From Patella caerulea (Eukaryota): DNA of 64,000 bases. A program made the translations under genes and the position numbers. Shown piece by piece: positions 48,570 to 60,283 of the stretch. Below the pieces are notes generated by a model. The model was not told where the DNA came from and searched no databases. It saw only the letters and a list, made by a program, of their open reading frames with translations. The first letter of the stretch is position 1, and each line of letters starts with the position of its first letter. The DNA lies in contig JAZGQO010000009.1 of NCBI GenBank assembly GCA_036850965.1, forward strand, positions 225,610 to 289,609, read 5' to 3'.

Positions 48570-48760
48570 AGAGAAATGGGGTTTAACATCCACTCGACAC
48601 AAACAAGGTCATTTGGGGGCCTAACATATGCTGTAATTTTATTTCAATAATTCGCTTGTGCATAGGGATTTTTAGCAGTAGGAGGAAACCGGAGAACTCG
48701 GAGAAAACCAAAAAGGCTGGGCAGGCAACCCTACTCCTTGTCACGCACAAATGGCTCATA
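48570..48760 (-). mobile_element. SINE family A copy, diverged (intronic)
   Basis: agagagaaatggggtttaacatccactcgacacaaacaaggtcatttggggg...ggaggaaaccggagaactcggagaaaacc. Confidence 0.65.
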
Positions 48761-49083
48761 CTACAGTTTTCGATTATTTCATATTTTTTGATTTAAAAAC
48801 TTAAAAATGTGGAATTAAAAAGTTTTGAGAAAAGCAAAGTACAAATTTCTTAAATTATTTTTTCCCAACAAATAAGAATCAGTTTAAACTGATGATGTGG
48901 TCTAGATAGGTTTCAGTTTATAAATCATTAAGATAGAATGCAGTTTGTTGACATCCTTTGGGAATTTGTTGAATGATCTGCATGATGAATGCATTTCTAA
49001 ACTGAGAAGATGTAAACACTGATGTTTCTCCCTCACTACTCTTGATTTACGATATCTAATATGTCTGATATTTTAAAAATTAC

Positions 49084-49191
49084 CTTGAGGACTTTTTTAT
49101 GTTCTAAATTACTGTTCAACTCTTGTTCTCGTATTTCTAATTCTTCCTCTAATAATAGAGAGTAGCGTAGTCGATTGATCTTCAATTCTTC
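49084..49191 (-). CDS. CFAP43/44-like exon (coiled coil)
   Basis: Acceptor aatttttag|GAAGAATTG. Translation EELKINRLRYSLLLEEELEIREQELNSNLEHKKVLK. Donor CAAG|gtaatt. Confidence 0.65.
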
Positions 49192-49606
49192 CTAAAAATT
49201 AAATATTTATGAGATTTGAAACATTGAGAAATATGAAATACTTCACAAAAGTAGTCACAACAATGAACAAGCTAGAACTGTATTTTCCTTGACAACCCCA
49301 CAGGTGCTACTATAAACAAGTCGGAACCACACCTAAAAATCTCATGATTGTTTTCTGCACATGTTGGTATTTGCACCAGGAACATTACAATCAAGAATCT
49401 AGTGTCCTTGCTGCTCAACTCCCACAGGTCAAATTGTACTTAAGGGAGTTTATATTCTCAAATTTGTTTATATTATCAAAGTTGTATAATCCTCTAGTTT
49501 ATTTACCCGCTGCATGTATGGGTACATATCCTATTTGATTTTTTTATCATGCGTAAATGTACATCATGTACAATATAACAATATCTTCACATTTTTATTT
49601 CATACA

Positions 49607-50257
49607 CTATAAACCACAGATTGCCTCGTTCGGCATTTCTGTCCAAACGAGGTAAAACAAATGCCTCGTTGTCTGGAGTTCCAAAACGAGGTTTTTTAAA
49701 TTGCCCTGTTTTTGGAACAAGGTGTTTTGTTCTGAACGAGGCTTAGTAAAAATGCCTCGTTTACTAAACGTGTTTTTTTCAAGATAGTTATTAGCAGTAT
49801 TTCCTATCAGCGAATTTGTAAAAATTAAAATTTATGTTATTTAATACAAAAATAAAACCAGTCCAAACTATATTATAATCAGAGAAATAGACAAGACAAG
49901 AATACACGCCATAGATGTAGGTGTAAAGCAACATCAGCTACCTTGATTAATTTATTGCTCCAATCAGTTATAGGTGTTAAGAAACAACTGTGGTGGTGTG
50001 ACAATTTCTTGGGGCCAATAAATTAATCAAGGTAGCTATGTGTCTGCAATATTGGCCCCAATAAATTATCACAAACCTTGAAAAAAACATGTTTAGTAAA
50101 CGCAGCATTTTTATCAAGCCCCGTTCAGAACAAAACACCTCGTTCCAAAAACAGGGCAATTTAAAAAACCTCGTTTTGGAACTCCAGACAACGAGGCATT
50201 TGTTTTACCTCGTTTGGACAGAAATGCCGAACAAGGCAATCTGTGGTTTATAGTGAT
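49607..50257. mobile_element. Intronic MITE/foldback transposon with about 150-bp terminal inverted repeats and a nested central palindrome
   Basis: 49607-49760 (tataaaccacagattgcctcgttcggcatttctgtccaaacgaggtaaaacaaatgcctcgttgtctggagttccaaaacgagg...) is the reverse complement of 50100-50257. There is an internal inverted repeat agctaccttgattaatttattg / caataaattaatcaaggtagct at 49935-50040. Confidence 0.7.
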
Positions 50258-50591
50258 ATCATGTTGTTTCTCTATATCTATCAGCGTATTATTCAACACA
50301 AATCATGAATTGTTGTATGCATATACTGTCCTTAAAGTCAGGGATGGACTAAGAAGGAGCCTGTGAGTATAGTAGGCTCAGGAGTCCAATAAAAGTCAAC
50401 TTTCTAACATAGTTTGGAGTTCCTTTATTGAAGTTGGGGTCCTTTAGTGTTGAAATTATTAGGATATACTATAAAATACACCATTTATAGTCAGTTCTTC
50501 AAAACATTTCTTGTGCCAGGGATCAAAACGCCACAACCTCAGTCTGTTCCTGGTTGCAATTGAAAGTTGTCATAAACGAGTCTTACTATAC

Positions 50592-50711
50592 CTGGTAGAG
50601 AACCATCATAACTTTAATCTTCTTCATAAACAATGTGTTTAGAACCTCATCAAAGTTCACCATACCATCAGCTATTTGAGATTCTAATTTTCTTAATTCT
50701 GTTTCTAATTG
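50592..50711 (-). CDS. CFAP43/44-like exon (coiled coil)
   Basis: Acceptor ttaaatttcag|CAATTAGAA. Translation QLETELRKLESQIADGMVNFDEVLNTLFMKKIKVMMVLYQ. Donor CAG|gtatag. Confidence 0.65.
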
Positions 50712-51136
50712 CTGAAATTTAATAAATAAAGCTATTAAAAAATTTTGTTTAAATTTTGAAACAAAATATACGCTGATGTAGAAATCTGCTTATTCAATGT
50801 ATGGAATGGGGTTTAAAGTCTTGTCAATGGTAATTCTGAGACTAACATGATATGGTAAATTTCATTTTTATTGTAACATATGAAATGTGAGGGGACAAAT
50901 TTTGACAGCACAGTGGCATTTCCATCTACTCTCTCCCGAATTCTAACTGCAAAGTTTTCTATATGTGTGCACAAATATATGTATACAGGGGGATCTTGGT
51001 TTGTTTCTTTTTGCTCCTTCCAAACAACTAGGCACAATTCCTTGTCCGCTCCACGGACAAATGAGAACTGTGCTTGAGATTATGCAATAAAAATCATAGA
51101 TATTTTTCAAATCAAACAAATAAATATATTATTCAC

Positions 51137-51265
51137 CTTTCTATATTTCTCTCTTTCTTCTTTCAAGTCAGCTACTTTCTTCTCATATTCTTTAGCCAAT
51201 TTCTGTTCATCTTCTGACCATTCTGTCTGGGGTTTAGTTGTCATAAATTGTGGTTTAGGAACATC
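51137..51265 (-). CDS. CFAP43/44-like exon (coiled coil)
   Basis: Acceptor tgtttcttcag|GATGTTCC. Translation DVPKPQFMTTKPQTEWSEDEQKLAKEYEKKVADLKEEREKYRK. Donor AAG|gtgaat. Confidence 0.65.
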
Positions 51266-51813
51266 CTGAAGAAACAAGACAATGATTTAAACATATAACT
51301 TAAGGTCCCTTATGATCATTTAAGGGATTTTTAATACATTGTACACTACAGTATGGTGAAAATTGAATCTCTCAATGCATATCAGTGAAAAAATGGTTCA
51401 ATTCCGTTCACAATTAAGTTATGATCAATTGAAAATGTTGGGGATTCAGCATTGTCTGCAGGTGACATAAACAAGCCAGGTCCAATTAAAACGCGAAATT
51501 TTAAATCGCACACAAGAAAATTCGAAAAACCATGTGATTCCAATTAAGTATTCACTGGTGTCTACTGGTAAATCCATCGCTGTTTTTTTTATTTAGTATA
51601 AGTCGTTCCATGTGTCTATGACTAGTCTGTGTCTTCAGTTTATTGAGCAAAATTCAAATATTTTTATATATATTTAGCCAGAGGTGGCACTATTTTTGAA
51701 TGCGTTTCAAGGTGTACCGCTGCCAAAAACAGGCTTGGAACCACTGAACTATAGTGTTGGATAAAATCTAACGATTGTCCTGTTTTTAAATTTTTCATGT
51801 TTAAAATTCTCAC

Positions 51814-51984
51814 CTTCTTTAATTCATCTTCCTTTTTAATCTCGAGGACACCTCCCATCATCATATCTAATGCCCTTTCTCTAGCGTTATCTCCCTTTTC
51901 ACGTAGTCGTCTTTCTTCCTCTGCCTTTTCTTCTGCTTCCTTCTTCTTTTTCTGTTCTGGTGTCAGAAACTTTTCCACTTTCAC
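51814..51984 (-). CDS. CFAP43/44-like exon (E/K-rich coiled coil)
   Basis: Acceptor ttgtttactctag|GTGAAAGTG. Translation VKVEKFLTPEQKKKKEAEEKAEEERRLREKGDNARERALDMMMGGVLEIKKEDELKK. Donor AAG|gtgaga. Confidence 0.7.
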
Positions 51985-52146
51985 CTAGAGTAAACAATAA
52001 TAATAATAATTGAAAAGCTTAAAATTTTAGATATAAGCTTCAATCAAAATAAATGAAACTAGGCTTATGGTACTTTAAAATAAAATAAAATATAAAAATG
52101 AAATAAAATAGAAATGAATCGAAATGAAATGAAATAAAATAAATAC

Positions 52147-52353
52147 CTCCTCATCTTTGACCGTCAGTAACAGTTCAGGTTTCTCTAAAATACCTAGTTC
52201 TGGTTCTTCCACTTTTTCTGCTAAATCTAAATCTTCAATAATCTTCTTAATCCTCTTATTTTTATCTTTAATCTTCATAATCTCTTGTTCTTTCTTGGTA
52301 TAAATATCGTCAAAGTCTTTGTTAAAAGCCACCTTAATTCTGTACAAGGCGTC
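52147..52353 (-). CDS. CFAP43/44-like exon (coiled coil)
   Basis: Acceptor ttctatattag|GACGCCTTG. Translation DALYRIKVAFNKDFDDIYTKKEQEIMKIKDKNKRIKKIIEDLDLAEKVEEPELGILEKPELLLTVKDEE. Donor GAG|gtattt. Confidence 0.7.
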
Positions 52354-52379
52354 CTAATATAGAATTTTATACAAATAAA

Positions 52380-52760
52380 AGATTTTAAACACTATTTTGG
52401 AGAATTTCAAACAACTATTTTGGAGAATTTTAAACAACTATTTTGGAAAATTTTAAACAAAATATTTTTGTGAATTTTTTGAACAAAATATTTTTGTGAA
52501 TTTTTTGAACAAAATATTTTTGTGAATTTTTTGAACAAAATATTTTTGTGAATTTTTTGAACAAAATATTTTTGTGAATTTTTTGAACAAAATATTTCCA
52601 ATTCTAAACAAAATGTTTTGGAAAATTCTAAACAAAATGTTTTGGAAAATTTTAAACAAAATGTTTTGTAAATATTAAACAAAAAATTTAAGAAAATATT
52701 AAACAACTATTTTGGAATATTTTAAACAAATATTGTTTTTACTAAAGTACTTGCACCCCA
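52380..52760. repeat. Intronic minisatellite block (several unit types, e.g. the 26-bp gaacaaaatatttttgtgaatttttt x5, ctaaacaaaatgttttggaaaatt x3)
   Basis: Perfect head-to-tail repeats at 52470-52600, flanked by related units. Confidence 0.8.
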
Positions 52761-53097
52761 CTCCCCAATATTTTGAAGATATCAGTTTTTGCCTAACTAT
52801 TTTGCCTATTACGTTCCTTAGGACTTCGATTTTTGCCTAATGGTTTGGATTGTTCGTACTTGGTTTTATTTTATTTTAAAGTTATAAATTAAACAACAAT
52901 TTTAATTTTTAGTTCTTCAGGGTTTGACAAGTAAATAAAGAGCAACCAAATATTTTTTGTTTTATTTATTTTTTTTTATTCAATAAATAGAACACAAAAT
53001 TTCATCAAGTTTTTCTAAAGTACGAAAATATAACTGATGTTGCCTCCTATAAGTATAGCACTAGCAGTATTGAGAATATATACATGTAAGTAATTTA

Positions 53098-53189
53098 CCT
53101 GTAATAAGACAATTTGTGTTATTTTTTGTTCTCTTGTATGTAGATCAAACTGACTATAAAACAAGTTACTACCACCACCATACAAAGCT
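53098..53189 (-). CDS. CFAP43/44-like exon
   Basis: Acceptor tatgttacag|GAGCTTTG. Translation (G)ALYGGGSNLFYSQFDLHTREQKITQIVLLQ. Donor CAG|gtaaat. Confidence 0.6.
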
Positions 53190-53369
53190 CCTGTAACATA
53201 TTAAATAAAACTCATAAAATAAAAATAATAAATAATCCATTCGGTACATTGTAGAACAGAATTAAGCTGAGAAAAATGAGTTTATCAGGGAAAAGCTCAG
53301 TCTGGATCAATGACTATCAGAAGATAGAAGATAATGGTGTGGTTTGTGTTGTAATGTGAACAAACATAC

Positions 53370-53442
53370 CAAGACTACCAGTAGTTGAGGGATGTTCTGT
53401 TGTTTTATCATCAGTTTCTTCACCTTCTCCACCTTCTTCATC
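53370..53442 (-). CDS. CFAP43/44-like exon (acidic linker)
   Basis: Acceptor tgtattctacag|GATGAAGAAGG. Translation DEEGGEGEETDDKTTEHPSTTGSL. Donor CTTG|gtatgt. Confidence 0.6.
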
Positions 53443-53656
53443 CTGTAGAATACAAATATATTATATTTTACTATATAGAAAACAATATTTAAATTGATTG
53501 TAACATCATTGACTGTCAGATATACAACAGAACAAATTATTGTGTTTTAGGTCTGCAATATCAGAATTACCCATTATGATGTCATAATCAATGTCAGAAA
53601 TGATAATTGATTGTGACATCATAAACTGTGATGCACTGTTATGAACTTTTATAGAA

Positions 53657-53695
53657 GAAGAAGAAGAAGAAGAAGAAGAAGAAGAAGAAGATTTA
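53657..53695. repeat. (GAA)13 microsatellite (intronic)
   Basis: Perfect GAA trinucleotide run. Confidence 0.9.
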
Positions 53696-54229
53696 CATAA
53701 CTTTATCAGTTACAAAATTTAATCTAAAACAACATTGCCTGCTAATTCTGCATATATATCTACTTTGTTTCTCCCTCATTCCATTGTGATATGTATAATT
53801 ATTCAATTTGATTTTATCTGTATGGAACATTCCCCCATGAAATATTTATAATCATTGACTGTAACATCATCTTTACCGGTTGTGAATAAATCATCAAATA
53901 TTGAATGAGGCAACCATTATCACTGAATGTGACATCCCTGAGTAGTGCCAATTGTGACATCATAAACACAGAGTGATCATGCAATCATTATCATTGCATG
54001 CATTGATAATCATCACACGAACTGATAATCATTGATGGTGGCATGTTAATCACTGAAAGTGACATGATAATCATTGACTGTGACATGATAATCATTAAAT
54101 GTGAACTCACTATTCATAGTGATTGTGGTATTTATGACAACTTATGCTGACATTAACAATGATTTAACATTTTGACAGCATTATCACCCACCCACGATTC
54201 ATTACACTGATTATAGCAACATTATTCTT

Positions 54230-54560
54230 GCAATTAAATATCGCCAACTGATCAATTACACTTATTATAGCAACATTTATCTGTCCAAATGAATAGCAAC
54301 AATATCTATTAGTATTACACTGATTATAGCAGCATAATCCATTACACTGATTATAGCAGCATAATCCATTACACTGATTATAGCAGCATAATCCATTACA
54401 CTGATTATAGCAGCATTATCCATTACAGTACAGTGCTTATAGCAACACCAATCATTACACAGATAATAACAACACCATTCATTACACAGATCATAGCAAT
54501 CTATTACACTGCTTACAGGGCAACATCATCCAGGACATTGATTATAGCAACATTATCCAT
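54230..54560. repeat. Intronic minisatellite (27-bp unit cattacactgattatagcagcataatc x4, plus degenerate copies)
   Basis: Perfect copies at 54335-54420, with diverged units on both sides. Confidence 0.75.
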
Positions 54561-54642
54561 ACATTGATTTCTATTTGCAGTGCCCCTCAACTGATAGTAG
54601 CATGGTGTATTGTGACTCTATATTATCATGCAGTTGACTTAC

Positions 54643-54681
54643 AGTTATTGGAGTTTTACTTAATGTACTGTCTGTCTTCGG
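54643..54681 (-). CDS. CFAP43/44-like candidate 39-nt micro-exon (copy 2 of a tandemly duplicated micro-exon)
   Basis: AAAG|CCGAAGACAGACAGTACATTAAGTAAAACTCCAATAACT|gtaagt translates to PKTDSTLSKTPIT. It is phase 0/0, so its inclusion is frame-neutral. The acceptor is weak (A-rich). Confidence 0.3.
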
Positions 54682-55015
54682 CTTTTATTATTAATAAAAA
54701 TAAAATAATTTTTATTCTTAGGACAAATTTACTTTTAGACCTTTAATTATGATTAAACAAATTATTATAATTATATAAGCTAACAAGAAAATAAATTTTT
54801 GATATCTGCCTTTTGTAGTGTACAGAGTATCTATATGAATTGAAACTTAAATTTTCAGCCATTTAATTATCATCAGTATTTAAAAGATGCATTTTTTTAT
54901 GAATGATTAATGGAGCCAGTGGATTTGTCACCCACTATAAATATATAAAACAACAACTGTCTTTACAACATTTATCAAAACAAATATTGTGCTAAACATC
55001 ATGCAGATCACTTAC

Positions 55016-55054
55016 AGTTACTGGAGTTTGACCTAATGTACTGTCCGTTTTTGG
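55016..55054 (-). CDS. CFAP43/44-like candidate 39-nt micro-exon (copy 1)
   Basis: tttttttttcattaag|CCAAAAACGGACAGTACATTAGGTCAAACTCCAGTAACT|gtaagt translates to PKTDSTLGQTPVT. It is a paralog of 54643-54681, 370 bp away. Confidence 0.35.
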
Positions 55055-55694
55055 CTTAATGAAAAAAAAATAAGCGGTTATCATTTAGGATTTTTTTTGA
55101 TGTTCAGAATTGTTTTTAAAAATTCTTAAATTTAGAGACAATGTGAATTGGCATTTCCTGATGTTAGTACTTCTCTATTCTAGGTCCTCATATATTTTTG
55201 AACAAAAATAATATCTGGTGATAGAGATTCTAAAATGGTTGACTTGATCACTGATTCGGGTTCAACATATTTCAGACATGTTTCTGTGTGGAAGATCAAA
55301 ACATATTGGTACATTTATCCTTTGCAACTAACTCAAGCTCTTTGGAACTTTTCAAAAGATTGAAGTTTCCTTATGCCTGGATGAATATGTTTATGTACTT
55401 GCTGAGGTTACCATAATTATGGTGTTAAGCGATCGTCAGAATTATCAAGTCACTCAACACTTTACCAACAAAATTCTTTAAATAAATTATGTAAGTCTGT
55501 TAAACAAATAACACAGGCATCTCCAAAGAGTTTTAACAATTTTAATCGAAACTGTCAGGCAAAGCTTCTGGGCTACTTTCGTCAATTCTGGCGTTTAGTT
55601 TACCTTCTTAAACTTTTGGTTAATGAAACCCGTATGAAATCAGGGTTGTTCCTTTAATGGTATAACTGTCCCCAAAAAATAATTAAATACTTAC

Positions 55695-55742
55695 AGTGTT
55701 TATAGGAAATTTCGTATTTGGTTCCAATTCAGCTTTTCGGGC
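55695..55742 (-). CDS. CFAP43/44-like exon (48 nt)
   Basis: Acceptor tttttatcacaacag|GCCCGAAAAG. Translation ARKAELEPNTKFPINT. Donor ACT|gtaagt. Confidence 0.5.
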
Positions 55743-56227
55743 CTGTTGTGATAAAAAATTAATTTATAATAAATTTGAAATGAATTGTTTCAAAGATAAA
55801 TTTACTAATAAATATTATATTATGTTTAAAAGATATGCTTACAAATAGCTATTACCAAATCTTAGCCAGCTTTTAAAATATCATTAAATACATAACTGTT
55901 AGCTTATTAAGTAAAGTTTTATATAGTGATTGTAATGATACTTAAAAACAAAAATTGTGATGACATTTAAAACTGAACTTTTTAATTCTAAAAAGTTTCT
56001 TTGATTATAATTCATTTTTATTAATTATGCATTTATCACTTTTACAAAATGCAATTAATAACACCACGGATTAGTAATCTTTACTGAAGTTTAGGCACTC
56101 GAAAAATTCACGATATTTTTATCATGATTATATATTTTGAACATACATTTACAAATGAGTATAACATTATATCTAAAGATACATGTATTGAAAAAGGTTT
56201 TAAAAATGTTAATAAAATAAGTCTTAC

Positions 56228-56344
56228 CTCAATTTCAGCAATTTCAATTAGTCGACGTTGCTTTACTGTTTCCAGCATTTCTAGATCACTCTTTAAACGA
56301 TCTTTTAATGGAAAGTTTGCAACCTCTAAAGGTGAATTATATGC
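56228..56344 (-). CDS. CFAP43/44-like exon (coiled coil)
   Basis: Acceptor atatatattgcag|GCATATAAT. Translation AYNSPLEVANFPLKDRLKSDLEMLETVKQRRLIEIAEIE. Donor GAG|gtaaga. Confidence 0.65.
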
Positions 56345-56469
56345 CTGCAATATATATCAAGGGGATAAATATATTAATATTTTGTGCTTCAAAATGATAA
56401 GAGAAGACTTGTCGAAACATTGTGCTCTATCTGTAAAAGCCATATCGTTTCCATAATTGTGTTGTGTCT

Positions 56470-56590
56470 TCACCAGGGGGAAGAAACTGGAATACCCAGA
56501 GAAAACCCATGAGGTTTGACAGATAACCCTACTTCTTGTCACGCACAACCAGGGATTCGAAACCACATAAGTTGATCCAATGACAGCATA
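56470..56590 (-). mobile_element. SINE family A fragment (head/body)
   Basis: ...ggaagaaactggaatacccagagaaaacccatgaggtttgacag...ccttcttgtcacgcacaaccagggattcgaaaccacataagttgatccaatgacagc. Confidence 0.5.
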
Positions 56591-56728
56591 GCTTTAAAAG
56601 TTATCATTCAAAATCGAAAAAATCTCTGTATACATAAGGACTTCCTTTTTCAAGTTATCCACACAATAAATTTATCAAACATCCAATGGAAAGTTAGTCA
56701 AAATATTAGCACATAAAAGAAATTTTAC

Positions 56729-56833
56729 CTGTATACTTCGACCTTTAACCTTCATATCATCCCAACATTCTTTTTTGATTATTTCACGTAGATACATCTT
56801 TGCTAGATTATCAAATTCTATCTCTTCACGAAC
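56729..56833 (-). CDS. CFAP43/44-like exon
   Basis: Acceptor tttttttgtag|GTTCGTGAAG. Translation VREEIEFDNLAKMYLREIIKKECWDDMKVKGRSIQ. Donor CAG|gtaaaa. Confidence 0.65.
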
Positions 56834-57612
56834 CTACAAAAAAAATAAAATCAGAAATAATATACCAGTATCTATTATACACTCATTGTGATGTCATTCT
56901 TTTATTCTTCTGGTGATGCATTTCAATTATGACATCGTTATATTGTCTTGGTCAGTACATTGTTAGATATAATCCTTGAGTGGCATTCAGCGATTGAGCA
57001 CATTAAAAACACAACAAAGTTTATATGGTAATGCAAACACCGGTGTATAGGCATAGCACAACGTTTCGACAAGTATTCTCTTATCGTTAAAAGCACAAAA
57101 CGAAGAGAATATTTGTCGAAACGTTATGGTATGCCTATAAACCAGTGATTGCATTTCCATATATCAACTGTTGGACTAAAGAAAATTGTTGGACTAAAGA
57201 AAATATCTGACTTACATAGTTTGGGAATTGTGAACCAATTGATCATGACTCACAACATAAACATTATACTTGTGTCATGTTCGAGTGAAGCAGAAAATAG
57301 ATTCTTTTCCAAAATCCATCTATCTCAATTAAATCTTAACCGATGGACCACACATAAGCCTTACAATGCATCAGAATCACAGTGTAATTCAGTCAAACAA
57401 AATTAATAATATCATATCCCTTTAATTACTTACAACAAATAATAATCAAATGTTCATGCCAAAGATAGAAGGATATTATCATGAGTAAAAGGGATATGCT
57501 AAAACCATAATCTTTAAAGAAGCCTGCCAGGAATACACCCACCACCAACTAATTATGTCATCCAAGCAGTTATGAAATAATTCATTGAATCTAAATTATT
57601 AGATTTGCTTAC

Positions 57613-57738
57613 TCTTTGAACTTCTGCCTCTCCCAGTCCCTGTAATCTGGCCTGTTCATCAATATCAAGATCAAATTCATGACGGTTTAATTTCTCAATA
57701 TCGGGCTGTGATTCATTCATGGACATCATTTTCTGGAT
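57613..57738 (-). CDS. CFAP43/44-like exon
   Basis: Acceptor ttttctgtttag|ATCCAGAAA. Translation IQKMMSMNESQPDIEKLNRHEFDLDIDEQARLQGLGEAEVQR. Donor AGA|gtaagc. Confidence 0.65.
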
Positions 57739-58578
57739 CTAAACAGAAAACATAAAGACAAATTAATGGTCCCATCAAGTGCCTGACATAACTATTAAAA
57801 TAACCCTTTATTCAAATTCTATCTAAATATTAGATTACATGCACATAATCCATTTTTTCATGTATTTTCAGAGAAATTGTGAATGTTTCACATCAGCATA
57901 TTTCTGTCACCTGTTTATTTTTCTAATTTTTTTTAAAAAAAAAATATATGTTGATTTCAATTAAATAATATTAAACATTCTCAATTAAAAACAAAAAATC
58001 AAATTTAATTCCATTAGTTTTAACTAGTATCAATTAACAAATACCCCAAAATAAGTTTGAATGAAAAGTTATTCAAACCTAAAAATTCAAATATTTGTGT
58101 GAGTACCAATATGATTTAAATACAGATTACATTTTGTTTCAATTTTTTTTTATAATTTCAATGCCCTCCACTACATGAAGATCTGGGGGAGGTCACTTCA
58201 GGTTTCATACGAGCAGCTTTTGACCTTATGATGATAGACATTTGATTAAAACTGAGCTGATTTTTCAAAAGGGTATTTGGAAATACAACTTTTGCATTGT
58301 CTTCCCTGCTATTGTTTGCCCACAGTTCCTTGCACTGCACACAAACTTGCCACAACAGCCATTTCATTAATTAATCCCTCACATCAACAAAAGCGCCGCT
58401 TACATTGCAACTCTTCCAGATCCTAGTGCAGCGATTGAAGGCAAATAAAACAAAAATTTAAACCATAAAAAATGAAATGAAAATGGATCTGTGTTTTAAT
58501 CACTATACAAAAGTATTGTTTTGAAAGAAAATGCTATTGGGTCTTTGATTTAAACTATATATATAATTCTATATTTAC

Positions 58579-58656
58579 CGATTTTCTGATATCTCTAATC
58601 TGACATCGTAAATCATGTTTTTTATCAGCATATTGTTTATCTTCTTCTTTAATGGC
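58579..58656 (-). CDS. CFAP43/44-like exon
   Basis: Acceptor ttaaatttcag|GCCATTAAAG. Translation AIKEEDKQYADKKHDLRCQIRDIRKS. Donor TCG|gtaaat. Confidence 0.65.
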
Positions 58657-59158
58657 CTGAAATTTAAACAAATAAACAATTTACAATCTATAAAGATATT
58701 GATAACTTCATGTAAGTCTTTATTAATTCTGGGGAGAGAGAGAGAGAGAGATTAGTTTTAGGTCCGATGGACACAAACAAGGTCATTCCGAGTATAAAAT
58801 AATTCAAATAGCCATTTCTAAAGGTGATTGGCCAAAATTGTTTGTTTTTTCATTGCTCTATTTCCTCAAGTAATTAGGCCTAATATAACAATCTGTTTCA
58901 CAGAGAATTACAAATTAACTCTGTCACCTGTCTTCAACATGTGCAACGACATCACACGGCGACAATCATTGGCACAATGGCGCATGCATGTTACATAAGA
59001 CATAATTGCTTCAGGCAAAATGATACCTTTTACTCATTTCAATACCCATTTACACTAACTAGGAAATACTTTTTAACTACAAATCATGATCATGCCACCA
59101 GCTATCCATAAGTAAAAATATAAACATGTACACAAATAAATATTAAAAATAGACTTAC

Positions 59159-59269
59159 ATAAATTTCATTATCTTCTAGCCATGTATTATCAGCACGAGG
59201 TGTTGGTGTTGGAGTTGTAAATATATCTTCATTTAATAACGCATCTTGTTTATTCTTCTCTATTCTATC
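59159..59269 (-). CDS. CFAP43/44-like exon
   Basis: Acceptor gattattatag|GATAGAATAG. Translation DRIEKNKQDALLNEDIFTTPTPTPRADNTWLEDNEIY. Donor TAT|gtaagt. Confidence 0.65.
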
Positions 59270-59514
59270 CTATAATAATCAATATATAAACAATTTATCA
59301 CTGGATCTGGTTAATTGACAAACATCAATCTACAATTCAAAACACAGCTATGCGTAAATTTGACTTCTGTATTGAAATACCTGTAAATCAGTATACACCA
59401 TAATTTAATTTCAGAAAAGTGGTAAAAAATATTTTGTACTATAACTCAAATAAAAGAACAACAACATGTGTCTCTAAAATGAAATGGTTTTTAACATTTT
59501 ACTGTTCTGCTCCA

Positions 59515-59690
59515 ACTGGACTAATAAAGACGAGCCTACGCCATCCAGTGTGCTATTAGGGAAATTTTGCATGGGCAGAAGCACTATTGCCTACTCTTAC
59601 ATCAAATTCCAACTGCAGGCCAATCCCATCTGAATGACTAGACAGCTGTATTTGTCAGGCCCCCCGTCCTGCACTACTGACAAGGGCTGA
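59515..59690 (-). mobile_element. SINE family B fragment (intronic)
   Basis: ...cactattgcctactcttacatcaaattccaactgcagg...cagctgtatttgtcaggccccccgtcctgcactactgacaagggctg (reverse complement of the B body). Confidence 0.45.
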
Positions 59691-59967
59691 TCGTATTTTA
59701 TTTCAGTAATGTTAATGTATCATCAAAGATGAATTTGTTCTATGGCGACACAAAGAGAGAAACTAATTCATGTGGATTAACTTTTATCAGATTGAGATAA
59801 TTGTTTTTAAAAAAGCTTCCCAAGCCCCCTTCACCATTTTGTATAACTTAACATTCAACTTTAATTTTGAGTTATTTGTTTGTCAAATTGTTTTGGAATG
59901 GTCCAGTATGTAAAAGACAGTACGTAAAATGTAAAATAAAGAAATAAAAGTTTAAATATTGTCTTAC

Positions 59968-60142
59968 ACGCTCTTCTCTATCTAACGTTGAATTGGTTCT
60001 AGAAGCAGACATTGGGGTTGTCCATTCAGCCATTAAAGTTAATGCTTCATTTTCTAACTTCTGCGGTCCCATCAATCTCATCTTTCTGGCTCGGGCACTT
60101 TCAATGGCTGATTTACCTTTACTCAGACCAATGGATGTGTAG
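59968..60142 (-). CDS. CFAP43/44-like exon
   Basis: Acceptor ttatttag|CTACACATCC. Translation (D)YTSIGLSKGKSAIESARARKMRLMGPQKLENEALTLMAEWTTPMSASRTNSTLDREER. Donor CGT|gtaaga. Confidence 0.6.
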
Positions 60143-60283
60143 CTAAATAATATAAATATTTTACAATATTAGGATCTAAGATATATAAAACCATACATAA
60201 ATATTGAAAAAAGACAGAAATGTTCTATAAACTATTAATTAGAAATCTATTAACATGAAAAGATGGAAAAGAACTGAACTTAC

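Noticed and set aside
52407-52706. ORFs 52407..52706 and 52453..52659 inside the minisatellite
   Set aside because: They are an artefact of a stop-free tandem repeat. The region is intronic.
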